The notes beneath the pieces were generated by a model that did not search any database, was not told the origin of the DNA, and worked only from the letters and a program-made list of their open reading frames with translations. Below are positions 25,632-34,504 of a DNA stretch of 64,000 nt, one piece after another (position 1 is the stretch's first letter; the number at the start of each line of letters is the position of its first letter). Position numbers and translations under genes: made by a program. The stretch lies in NCBI GenBank assembly GCA_025456345.1, contig JALOKU010000002.1, positions 70,024-134,023 on the forward strand, given 5' to 3'. The DNA comes from Vicinamibacterales bacterium. Lineage in GTDB: Bacteria > Acidobacteriota > Vicinamibacteria > Vicinamibacterales > JAKQTR01.

Positions 25632-26624
25632 ATGATGGCTCACCGCGTGCTGCTTGCGTCTGCCGCCGCGGCCGTCCTGGCCGTCGCAGCCACGGGCGCG
25701 ACGCCGTTGCCGGGCCGGAGGCCGGGCGGCCCGACGCCATCCCGGCAGTCGGACCAGGCGTTGCCGGCCGGCGACCTGCCCGTGCTGCGCCAGCATCGCT
25801 ACAAGATGGCCGGCCGCATCCGCCCGCTGCTCTTCTGGATCGGCCGAAACGACGTCGGAATGGGCGAGATCGTGTGGCGCGGCGCAGAGGGCGCCGTGGC
25901 GTACGAGTTGCTCATCGGCACGGATTCGGCCAAGGCGCCTCGCGGCATCAACCGGTGGGGCTACATCCTCGAGGACACCAGGCCGTCGGGCACCCGCGTG
26001 CTCGGCGTCATGACGACGTCCGATGAGGCCACGCTGCGTGACGTGACCGCGCGGACCGCCGACCAGCAGCGCGTCGGCCGTTTCAAGGGCATCGACGCCC
26101 GCATCGCTGCGGGCATAATCAGGTCGGCGACGGAGACGATCGAGACCGAGCGCGACTTCAGCATCCGCGACAAGGAGGAGATAGTCGGCCGTATCGAACG
26201 GAAGCTGAAGGATGCGACGCCGAGGGAAGCGGCCGTGCCGGACGGCGTGCGCCCCGGATTCCTGATGGCGGTCGCGGAGCTGGTGAACGACACGATGGCG
26301 GCGCGCCGGAATGGCGTCGAGTCGTTGCGCCGCTTGAAGGGCCGCACGATCAGGTTCGTGTACAGCCGGACGCTCTACGATCTCAAGCTGGACGGTGTCC
26401 AGCCCGTGCCTCGGTCCGCAGGCCGGCCCTCGCACGGCGCCCTCGTGCACGCGGACTTCGAAACCACCAATCTCACCACGGGCAACCGCAGCACGTTCGA
26501 ACTCGAGTACGCCACCGACGGCCCGCTGGCCGGCGTGCCGACGCTCATCCGCCATCAGCCGCGCTGGTGGCTGAAAGCCGTGCTGACGCTCGAAGAGGGG
26601 AGCGCGCCGCCAGGGCGCCACTGA
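25632..26624 (+). CDS. secreted hypothetical protein
   Basis: 330-aa ORF with signal-like N-terminus MMAHRVLLASAAAAVLAVAATGA. No motif recognised. Codon usage and composition look coding. Confidence 0.6.
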   Translation: MMAHRVLLASAAAAVLAVAATGATPLPGRRPGGPTPSRQSDQALPAGDLPVLRQHRYKMAGRIRPLLFWIGRNDVGMGEIVWRGAEGAVAYELLIGTDSAKAPRGINRWGYILEDTRPSGTRVLGVMTTSDEATLRDVTARTADQQRVGRFKGIDARIAAGIIRSATETIETERDFSIRDKEEIVGRIERKLKDATPREAAVPDGVRPGFLMAVAELVNDTMAARRNGVESLRRLKGRTIRFVYSRTLYDLKLDGVQPVPRSAGRPSHGALVHADFETTNLTTGNRSTFELEYATDGPLAGVPTLIRHQPRWWLKAVLTLEEGSAPPGRH

Positions 26625-26676
26625 CCGCGCCCCGCCGGACCGCGGCACGCCGCGCGCTCATGGGCTCGCCGCCGCG

Positions 26677-27639
26677 TCACAGGATTCCCCATCGCACAGC
26701 AAGATCGCGCACGTTGAGCACGTGCAGCACCGGGACGCCCTGCTCGACCATGCGCGCCACCAGGCCCCGGCCGGGCGACGAGTCGAACGGCGTCGCTCCG
26801 ATCCAGCCATTCCGGATCTTGAGGATCGCCGTCGATCGGCCCAGCGCCGCCTCCGTGCCCCCGACGTTGACGAAGGCCGCGATCGGCCGGGTACCGCGCG
26901 CCTCGTCGAAGGCGTCGAGCCTGGCGCGGACGGACGCCTCGAAATCGGCGGGCTCGATCAGCCGCGCGTGCAGCCGCCGGGCGCACCGTGCGGCGATCTC
27001 CCGGGCGAGCGCCTGGCCGTCGTCGTCCAGGTCGAGGGCACGGTCGGAGTCGCCGCCCGCCGACACGGCCACGGTGGCCCGCCGCAGGATGCCGGCGCCC
27101 ACCAGACGCGCCTCGACCTCGGGCCAGGTGAAGCCCGCGTCGGTGGCGCCCCACGACGACGCCGTCACCGACGATACCGCGATCAGCTGGAGGCCCATCG
27201 CCTCTGAGGCGCTCATCACGGCGAGGTTGATGCCGGGGAACGATCCCGAGAGCGAGGCGGCCACCACGTCACCCGGGCGGAGGCCGGCTCGGTGGAACTC
27301 GCGGACAAGCGCCCGCGGCCAGGCCGGCGAGGCGCTCAGGCGCTTGGCTTCGATCTCGCCCAGCGTGGTCACGAGCGGGCCCGCCTCGCTGCCGATGAGC
27401 GCCTCGCCCGGGGTGACGCCTTTCGCCGCCGCAACGGCGTTGACGGCGCGCTGCCAGCGATCGGCGGCGGCGGAGGCCGCCCGCTCGACCTCGGCGGGCG
27501 TACTCGCGTGGGGCGCCGCCAGCCACCGGGGCAGCACGACGGCGCCGGCGGCGACAAGCGCCAGCCCCGCGGTCAGCGCGAGGCCGGTGGCGGTCTGGAC
27601 CCACGACGGCACCCGGAGAAGACCGCGTCGCACGGACAT
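26677..27639 (-). CDS. poly-gamma-glutamate system protein (TIGR04332-like accessory protein)
   Basis: 320 aa with an N-terminal TM anchor, immediately downstream of pgsB-pgsC in the same operon. Family assignment by context and general resemblance, not verified. Confidence 0.6.
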   Translation of the reverse strand: MSVRRGLLRVPSWVQTATGLALTAGLALVAAGAVVLPRWLAAPHASTPAEVERAASAAADRWQRAVNAVAAAKGVTPGEALIGSEAGPLVTTLGEIEAKRLSASPAWPRALVREFHRAGLRPGDVVAASLSGSFPGINLAVMSASEAMGLQLIAVSSVTASSWGATDAGFTWPEVEARLVGAGILRRATVAVSAGGDSDRALDLDDDGQALAREIAARCARRLHARLIEPADFEASVRARLDAFDEARGTRPIAAFVNVGGTEAALGRSTAILKIRNGWIGATPFDSSPGRGLVARMVEQGVPVLHVLNVRDLAVRWGIL

Positions 27640-27650
27640 GTCGCGCCGCG

Positions 27651-28091
27651 CTACGTGAGAAGCGGCGCCGCCGCCGCGAGAAGCAGCCGCACGATCACCG
27701 CGATGGTGAGCGTGGTGCCGACCGTCGCCCAGAACCCTTGCGCGAGCGAGGTGTTCGCGATGAGCCCGGGCACGATGTAGCCCACGACCCGGAGGTCCGC
27801 GGGAGCCGGTGAGGACGCGAGCGCGAGGGTGTACAACCCGTGCAGGACGAAGCCGGTCAGGATCGTGACGCCGAACCGCCGGCGCCCGTACAGCACGACC
27901 ATCCGCATGAACCCGTAGCGCACGGCTGCGAAGGTCATCCCGCCGACGGCGATCGTCGCAAGCAATCGCGCCGGCTGGGTCAGGTGCAGGGCCAGATACC
28001 CTGGCACCACGAGGCCGCCCGACGTCAGTCCGAGCACTTCCGTGAAGAACAGGTTCAGCGCGATTCCGAGGCCGAGGGCGAGTTCCACCAT
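27651..28091 (-). CDS. pgsC: poly-gamma-glutamate biosynthesis membrane protein PgsC/CapC
   Basis: Small polytopic protein MVELALGLGIALNLFFTEVLGLTSGGLVVPGYLAL, typical of CapC. The ATG at 28091 is 1 nt after the pgsB stop. Confidence 0.85.
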   Translation of the reverse strand: MVELALGLGIALNLFFTEVLGLTSGGLVVPGYLALHLTQPARLLATIAVGGMTFAAVRYGFMRMVVLYGRRRFGVTILTGFVLHGLYTLALASSPAPADLRVVGYIVPGLIANTSLAQGFWATVGTTLTIAVIVRLLLAAAAPLLT

Positions 28092-28092
28092 G

Positions 28093-29235
28093 TCAGGCCT
28101 GCTGCAGCGCGGCGACAATGGCGTCGACGCGGATGCCTTTCGTGTTGCCGCAGAACACGACGACTTCGGGCGGCGCCACGCCGGTCAGGCGCCGGCGCAG
28201 CTCGGCCGCAACCGCCCGAGGCGGTGTGAACAACGCCCGCCCGCCCGGCAGGCCCGCCCGCAGCCGGCGCCAGGTCACCCAGTCGGGCCGGTCGCCCGTG
28301 ACGATGACCGCATCGCCGGACTGCGACCACGGGGCCGCCTCGCCGAACTGGCCGAGGCGGGCCGGGCGGTCCGCGCGGTGATGAAAGACGAACACCGCGC
28401 GATCGTGCCGCTCTCCGAGGATGAGCCCCAGCGACTGCGGATCGTTCGCGGCGGACGCATCGACATAGTCGACGCGGCGTCCCGCCACCTCGAGGCGGCC
28501 CGCGCGGAGCGCGCCCGGATCGGGGCGAGCCGCCAGCATCCCCCGGCGGGCGGCCTCCTCGCCGACGCCAAGCTCGCGAACCACGGCAAGGGCGATGCCG
28601 GCATTCTCGGCCATCCAGGGCCGGCCGGCCCACGCCTCCGGCTCTCCCTCGTCTGCCACGGCGTGCACGACACGGCTGCCGCGCGCCTGCGCGACGCGGG
28701 CCAGGATGTCGCTCCCGCCGGTTGGGCCCATGACGAGGATCGCTCGGCGCGGCACGGTCGCGCCAAGGGCCGCCGCCACTTCCTCGATCGTCGTGCCCAT
28801 CGCCTCCGCGTGATCGGGGCGCGCGTTGGTCACGACGCCAATCGTCGCCCGAATCATCTCGTCTTCACACACAGCCTGGAGTTCCGGGTCCACGGCCATG
28901 CACTCGATGACGACCGCCGCGGCCCGCAGCCGGTGCGCCTCGCGCAGCAGCCACAACTGTTCCTGGATGCTCGCTGGCGCGCGGCGGCGCACGGGCCGCT
29001 CGCCGCCATCGGGCAGGATGATCCGCGGCGCCGTGCCGGTGGTCTTGGCGACGGTCCGGATGCCCGCCTCGCGCAGGGCGGCGGCGATGAGCCGCGTGAC
29101 CGTGGATTTCCCGCGCGTGCCGTTCACGTGAATGCGGATCGGGATCGCGGCCAGCGCGCGGTCGCGCGCGCGCCGCTCCCACAGGAGCAGGGCCAGCAGG
29201 CCGGTGAGGAGCGCGGCAGCGATGATCAGGGCCAC
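28093..29235 (-). CDS. pgsB: poly-gamma-glutamate synthase PgsB/CapB (Mur-ligase family)
   Basis: N-terminal TM helix then IHVNGTRGKSTVTRL P-loop. Mur ligase-like middle domain (VVTNARPDH). Confidence 0.9.
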   Translation of the reverse strand: MALIIAAALLTGLLALLLWERRARDRALAAIPIRIHVNGTRGKSTVTRLIAAALREAGIRTVAKTTGTAPRIILPDGGERPVRRRAPASIQEQLWLLREAHRLRAAAVVIECMAVDPELQAVCEDEMIRATIGVVTNARPDHAEAMGTTIEEVAAALGATVPRRAILVMGPTGGSDILARVAQARGSRVVHAVADEGEPEAWAGRPWMAENAGIALAVVRELGVGEEAARRGMLAARPDPGALRAGRLEVAGRRVDYVDASAANDPQSLGLILGERHDRAVFVFHHRADRPARLGQFGEAAPWSQSGDAVIVTGDRPDWVTWRRLRAGLPGGRALFTPPRAVAAELRRRLTGVAPPEVVVFCGNTKGIRVDAIVAALQQA

Positions 29236-29247
29236 GGCGTCAGTACG

Positions 29248-30057
29248 TCACACCCGGCGGTACGCGCCCGACACCCGTTTGACGACGGCCATGACGAGCC
29301 ACTGGGGCATGTGGCGCGCGAGGAACACCATGGCGCGGTTCACGCGGCCGTTCACGCAGATGATGCGGCCGGCCATGACCGCGTCGAAGCCCTGCCGCGC
29401 CACCGTGCCGGCGTCCATCCACATCCACGACGGCAGCCGGCTGACCTGCGCGCGCATGCCGTTGACGTCGTGAAACTCGCTGTACGTGAACCCCGGGCAC
29501 AACGCCGTCGTGAAGACGTTGTGGGGCATGCCTTCGAGGGCGATCGACTGCGAGAACTGGATCACGAGCGACTTGCTCGCGCCGTAGAGCGGGTGGCCGG
29601 CCGACTGCGGGACCAGACCGGCGACCGACGCCACGTTGATGATGCGCCCGTAACGCCGTTCGATCATGCCCGGCAGCAGCCGGTGGGTCAGCTCCGCCAG
29701 GGCCATGACCATCACCTGGACCATGTCGCGCTGCGCCTCCCAGGTGGTGTCGGTGAACTTCCCCGGGACGCCGTACCCGGCGTTGTTCACGAGGGCGTCG
29801 ACGGTGATGCCGGCCGTCGAGAGCGCCTCTACGATGCGCGCGGGCGCGGCCGGGTCGGCCAGGTCCCCGGCGAGGGTGGTGACCCGCCGCCCGAACCGCT
29901 GGCGAAGGTCGGCCGCCAGCGCCTCGAGCCGGTCCTGCCGCCGCGCCGTGAGCACGAGGTCGAACCCTTCGCCGGCGAAGACCTCGGCGATGGCCTTCCC
30001 GATGCCGGCGGAGGCGCCGGTGACGAGGACGGTGCGCGGCGGCGTGAGGTCGCTCAT
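29248..30057 (-). CDS. SDR family oxidoreductase
   Basis: ATG at 30057. [13 protein letters not shown] cofactor motif and classical SDR length (269 aa). Confidence 0.9.
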   Translation of the reverse strand: MSDLTPPRTVLVTGASAGIGKAIAEVFAGEGFDLVLTARRQDRLEALAADLRQRFGRRVTTLAGDLADPAAPARIVEALSTAGITVDALVNNAGYGVPGKFTDTTWEAQRDMVQVMVMALAELTHRLLPGMIERRYGRIINVASVAGLVPQSAGHPLYGASKSLVIQFSQSIALEGMPHNVFTTALCPGFTYSEFHDVNGMRAQVSRLPSWMWMDAGTVARQGFDAVMAGRIICVNGRVNRAMVFLARHMPQWLVMAVVKRVSGAYRRV

Positions 30058-30103
30058 CCGGCCCAGTCTACACGAAGGCAGGGAGGCGGCGGCTCCGAGC
30101 CGG

Positions 30104-30109
30104 TATACT
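30104..30109 (+). promoter_or_regulatory. candidate -10 element TATACT placed 6 nt before the typA ATG
   Basis: TATACT-GGAAGG-ATG, the same -10-N6-ATG geometry as at 42744. GGAAGG abuts the ATG, which is too close for a normal SD. Confidence 0.3.
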
Positions 30110-30115
30110 GGAAGG

Positions 30116-31954
30116 ATGCCTGAACACCGAAGTGCCCGGCCGACCGTGGCCAATTCCGCCCGCCGCAACATCGCCATCATCGCCCACGTCGATCACGGCA
30201 AGACGACGCTGGTGGACGCGCTGCTGTTCCAGAGCGGCACGTTCCGCGCGAACGAGCGCGTGGCCGAGCGCGCGATGGACAGCATCGACCTCGAGCGCGA
30301 GCGCGGCATTACGATCATGGCCAAGAACACGGCCGTCCACTACGGTGACGTGCTCATCAACATCGTCGACACGCCCGGGCACGCGGACTTCGGTGGCGAG
30401 GTCGAGCGCACCCTGTCGATGGTGGACGGCGTGCTGCTCCTCGTCGATGCCTCGGAGGGCCCCCTCCCCCAGACGCGCTACGTCCTGCGCAAGGCCCTGG
30501 AGCGACGCCTCGCGCCGATTGTCGTCATCAACAAGATCGACCGCCAGGACGCCCGGACGAAAGAGGTGCTCAACGAGGTCTATGACCTGTTCATCGACCT
30601 CGACGCCACCGAGGAGCAGCTCGATTTCCCCGTGCTCTACACCAACGCCAGGGCCGGTACGTCGACGACGGACCTCGACGTGCCGTCGCCGGACCTCCGA
30701 CCGCTCTTCGACGCGGTCCTCGCCCACGTGCCCCCGCCGGCGGGTGACCCCGCCGCGCCGCTGCAGATGTTCGTGGCGAACCTCGATTCGAGCGACTACG
30801 TGGGCCGCATCGCCGTGTGCCGCATTTTCAACGGCCGGGTCAAGCTCGGCGACCAGGTGGCCATCAGCAAAGTGGACGGTGTCCTTCTGCCCACGCGCGT
30901 CACCAAGCTGTTCGCGTTCGACGGGCTCAAACGCATCGACGTGGAGGAGGCCGCGGCGGGTGACATCGTCTGCGTCGCCGGGATCGCCGACATCACGATC
31001 GGGGAGACGATCACCGACGCCGAGCATCCGGACCCGCTGCCGCCGCTGGCGATCGACGAGCCGACCGTGTCGATGATCTTCGGCGTCAACACCTCGCCGA
31101 TGGCCGGCCGCGACGGCCAGTTTGTCACCTCCCGCCAGCTCCGGGACCGGCTGAACAAGGAGTTGCTCGGGAACGTGTCGATCCGCCTCGAGGACACCGA
31201 CGCGCCGGAGCAGATCCGCGTCATCGGCCGCGGCGAACTGCAGCTCTCGATTCTCATCGAGATGATGCGCCGCGAGGGGTACGAGTTGCAGGTGTCTCGG
31301 CCCGAGATCGTGACCCGCGAGGTGAAGGGCAAGGTGATGGAGCCGGTCGAGAGCCTCATGATCGACGTGCCGGAGGTCCACCAGGGCGTCGTGATCGCCC
31401 AGGTCGGCAGCCGCCGGGGCACGATGACCAGGATGGTCAACCACGGCAGCGGCCGGGTCCGGCTCGAGTTCGAGATCCCCACGCGCGGCCTGATCGGGTT
31501 CCGCTCGCAGTTCCTCACCGACACGCGCGGCACGGGGATCATGAACCACCTCTTCCACGAATGGCAGCCGTGGTTCGGCCCGATTCCCGCGCGCGCCACC
31601 GGGGCGCTGGTCGCCGACCGTACGGGCGTGAGCACCGCGTACGCGATCTACAACCTCCAGGAGCGGGGTGAGATCTTCATCAGCCCGGGCACGTCGGTCT
31701 ACGAGGGCTTCATCGTGGGCGAGAACGCCCGGGCGAACGACCTCGACGTCAACGTGACGAAGGAAAAAAAGCAGACCAACATGCGGGCCTCGACGGCCGA
31801 CGAAGCCATCCGGCTCGTGCCGCCGCGAGTACTCGGCCTCGAGCAGGCCATCGAGTTCATCAACGACGACGAGCTCGTCGAGGTGACACCGAAGTCGATT
31901 CGCGTGCGCAAGCGCGTCCTCGCGGCGAACATGAGGCCCAAGAACCGGGAATAG
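30116..31954 (+). CDS. typA: translational GTPase TypA/BipA
   Basis: [36 protein letters not shown]. 612 aa with full-length BipA-like pattern. Confidence 0.95.
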   Translation: MPEHRSARPTVANSARRNIAIIAHVDHGKTTLVDALLFQSGTFRANERVAERAMDSIDLERERGITIMAKNTAVHYGDVLINIVDTPGHADFGGEVERTLSMVDGVLLLVDASEGPLPQTRYVLRKALERRLAPIVVINKIDRQDARTKEVLNEVYDLFIDLDATEEQLDFPVLYTNARAGTSTTDLDVPSPDLRPLFDAVLAHVPPPAGDPAAPLQMFVANLDSSDYVGRIAVCRIFNGRVKLGDQVAISKVDGVLLPTRVTKLFAFDGLKRIDVEEAAAGDIVCVAGIADITIGETITDAEHPDPLPPLAIDEPTVSMIFGVNTSPMAGRDGQFVTSRQLRDRLNKELLGNVSIRLEDTDAPEQIRVIGRGELQLSILIEMMRREGYELQVSRPEIVTREVKGKVMEPVESLMIDVPEVHQGVVIAQVGSRRGTMTRMVNHGSGRVRLEFEIPTRGLIGFRSQFLTDTRGTGIMNHLFHEWQPWFGPIPARATGALVADRTGVSTAYAIYNLQERGEIFISPGTSVYEGFIVGENARANDLDVNVTKEKKQTNMRASTADEAIRLVPPRVLGLEQAIEFINDDELVEVTPKSIRVRKRVLAANMRPKNRE

Positions 31955-32134
31955 GCACCCAGCCGGACCACGGCGGCCGGGCCTTCCGGCGGCCCCTCCG
32001 CGGGGGGCAGGCAGTCGCCCGCCGATTGCAATTTCGTAGCCAGAGAGACGAATTTCGTCATCGCCGCCGGCGTGATCCGGGCGGGGAGACGGTCGAATAT
32101 GGCCTTCTCCGGCCGATCGTCCCGCCCGGCCCGC

Positions 32135-32152
32135 CCGGACTATTCCTTGCAT
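32135..32152 (+). promoter_or_regulatory. candidate sigma54 (-24/-12) promoter upstream of pilin-like cluster
   Basis: GG (32137-32138), 10 nt, then GC (32149-32150) within cGGactattccTTGCAtt. The TTGCA half matches the consensus and the -24 half is weaker. Lies 33 nt before the ATG at 32183. Confidence 0.3.
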
Positions 32153-32182
32153 TCGGAACAGCCGAGATCAGAGTCAGTAACC

Positions 32183-32755
32183 ATGCGAACGAGGGTCCAA
32201 CACGTTCCGGTCGCGGCGGCGGGCTTCACCCTCATCGAGGTCGTCCTGGTGGTGGGCCTTGTCGCTGTCCTGTCTGCCATCACCGTCATGATGATGCCAG
32301 GCGCGCTGCTGTCGGCGCGAGCCGACAGCGGAGTCGCCCAGGTTGTATCCACGCTCCGGGTCGCGCGTGAGGAGGCGATCGCGCAGCGCCGCAACGTCCG
32401 GATCGCGTTTACCGCCCCGAACCGGATCGTCGTGTCGCGCGTCGACGTGCCCGGGCCCGGCGTCACCGTCATCCACCAGACCGTTCTCGAAGGGGGCCTC
32501 GAGTTCCGTCTGTATGCGGGCGTTCCCGACACGCCCGATGCGTTTGGCAACGGCGCCGCGTGGTCGTTCGGCGGAGCGGCGTCGGTGGCCTTCACCAGTT
32601 CGGGCGAGTTCGTGGATGAGAACGGCGACCCGGTGAACGGCACCGTGTTCATCGGCAGAGAGAACGAGGCCGTCAGCGCCCGGGCGGTCAGCGTGTTCGG
32701 GCCCACCGCGCTTGTCCGCGAGTGGCGGTGGAACGGGGCGCAGTGGACCAACTGA
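32183..32755 (+). CDS. type IV pilin-like protein, GspH/FimT family
   Basis: Prepilin N-terminal motif AAAGFTLIEVVLV followed by a hydrophobic helix. 190 aa. Confidence 0.75.
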   Translation: MRTRVQHVPVAAAGFTLIEVVLVVGLVAVLSAITVMMMPGALLSARADSGVAQVVSTLRVAREEAIAQRRNVRIAFTAPNRIVVSRVDVPGPGVTVIHQTVLEGGLEFRLYAGVPDTPDAFGNGAAWSFGGAASVAFTSSGEFVDENGDPVNGTVFIGRENEAVSARAVSVFGPTALVREWRWNGAQWTN

Positions 32756-32760
32756 GGATC

Positions 32761-33303
32761 ATGATGCCCGCCAACTCGCGCGCCCATGCCGGCTTCACGC
32801 TGATTGAAGCGTTGATCGCGATGGCGATTCTCACGTTCGCCGTGCTCAGCCTCGCCCAGGGGTTCTACATGGGGATGCAGCACATGGCGACCTCGTCGGC
32901 GAACCTCATCGCGCGCGAGAAGGCGCGCGAGGCTGTCGAGAGCGTGCACACGGCGCGCGACACGCGCACGATCACCTGGGCCCAGATCCGCAACGTCGCC
33001 CAGGGCGGCGTCTTCCTCAACGGCGCGCAGCCCCTGAATGCCGCCGGCGTCGACGGGCTGGTCAACACCGCGGACGATGCGGCGGCGGGGCTGGAGACGC
33101 AGACCGACCCCGGTCCGGACGGCATCCTCGGCAACGCCGACGACATCCAGACGCCGCTCTCCGGGTTCCAGCGCGGCATCGAGATCCGCGAACTGGTCCC
33201 GGTCAACCCTGCCCTGCGCGAAGTGCTGATCACCATCACGTACGCGGTCGGGCCGCAACGCCGCACGTACACGTTGCGGACGTTCATCTCTTCCTTCTCG
33301 TAG
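32761..33303 (+). CDS. type IV minor pilin-like protein (PilV-like)
   Basis: MMPANSRAHAGFTLIEALIAM prepilin motif. 180 aa. Confidence 0.7.
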   Translation: MMPANSRAHAGFTLIEALIAMAILTFAVLSLAQGFYMGMQHMATSSANLIAREKAREAVESVHTARDTRTITWAQIRNVAQGGVFLNGAQPLNAAGVDGLVNTADDAAAGLETQTDPGPDGILGNADDIQTPLSGFQRGIEIRELVPVNPALREVLITITYAVGPQRRTYTLRTFISSFS

Positions 33304-33311
33304 GGCGGACC

Positions 33312-34433
33312 ATGGGCATCACCCAGACACGACGGGCCGGTAACGCCGGCTTCACGCTGGTCGAACTGCTGGTCGCGATGGTCATCGTGTCGGTCATCAT
33401 GGGTGCGACCCTGACGGCCCTGACCAACGCCTACCGCGCGACCGAAAGCGCGAAGAGCAGGATTGCCCTCAACAACAACCTCCGCATCGGGGTCGACCTG
33501 ATCGTGCGGGACCTCATCCAGGTCGGGCAGGGCATGCCGACGGGCCGGACCGTGCAGGTGCCGAACGGCGCCGGGGCGCTGCTCATTCAGCGCCCGCATC
33601 CGCAGGGTAGCGCCTGCACAGACTGGCCGGCGGGCACGACCACCCTTTCGGCCGTCACCGTCGGACCAGGGTGCGGACCCGTGATTGACGGCGTGGCCAC
33701 CGACATGCTGACCACGCTCTCCGTCGATTCCGCGCTGGATGCGGTCCCGGTCTTCAGCTTCAACGTGGCCGGGCACACGGCCACCGTCGCGCTGCCCGCC
33801 CAGGCCCCTGACGGCCTGGACATCAGCACCGGCGGCCCGGACGACGTCCGGGTGGGAGACCTCATGATGTTCACCAAGGGCAGCACGAGTGCCCTGGTGT
33901 ACGTGACGTCGGTCAGCGGGGCGCAAACGTTCACCTTCGGCGGCGGCGACCCGATGAACCTCAACCAGTTCGTCGCGTCGCTGAACGGCACGGTGGACGA
34001 CCTCGCGACAACGGCGCCCACGACCGCCAACTCCGCGAACGTGTCGCGGATCCGGATGATCACCTACTACCTCGACACCTCGATTGACCCGGCGACGCCG
34101 AGGCTCATCCGCCACATGAACTGGGGCGACCCCGCGGTGGCCCTCAACATGCGCGGGCGGACCGTGGCCTTCGCCATCGAGAACCTGCAGTTGACCTACG
34201 ACATGATGGACGGGGTGACCAATCCGTCGAACGTCCGGATGGTCGCCGCGGACCTGACCGCCGCGGGCGCGTGTGCCCCGCAGCCCTGCTCGCCGAACCA
34301 GATCCGCAAGGTCAACGTCTTCGTCGCCGGGCGATCGACCGAGCGGTTCTCGGTGACGAGGCAATTCTTCCGCAACACGCTGAGCACGCAGGTCAGCCTG
34401 CGCAGCCTGGCGCTGGTGGATCGATACCGATGA
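33312..34433 (+). CDS. type IV minor pilin-like protein (PilW-like)
   Basis: RRAGNAGFTLVELLVAM prepilin motif. 373 aa. Confidence 0.7.
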   Translation: MGITQTRRAGNAGFTLVELLVAMVIVSVIMGATLTALTNAYRATESAKSRIALNNNLRIGVDLIVRDLIQVGQGMPTGRTVQVPNGAGALLIQRPHPQGSACTDWPAGTTTLSAVTVGPGCGPVIDGVATDMLTTLSVDSALDAVPVFSFNVAGHTATVALPAQAPDGLDISTGGPDDVRVGDLMMFTKGSTSALVYVTSVSGAQTFTFGGGDPMNLNQFVASLNGTVDDLATTAPTTANSANVSRIRMITYYLDTSIDPATPRLIRHMNWGDPAVALNMRGRTVAFAIENLQLTYDMMDGVTNPSNVRMVAADLTAAGACAPQPCSPNQIRKVNVFVAGRSTERFSVTRQFFRNTLSTQVSLRSLALVDRYR

Positions 34434-34504
34434 GTGTGCCCATGGCAACTCTTCCTGGGGCAACCGGTCCCGCCGTCGCGGACGGCGGGAGGAAAGGCCG
34501 GACG

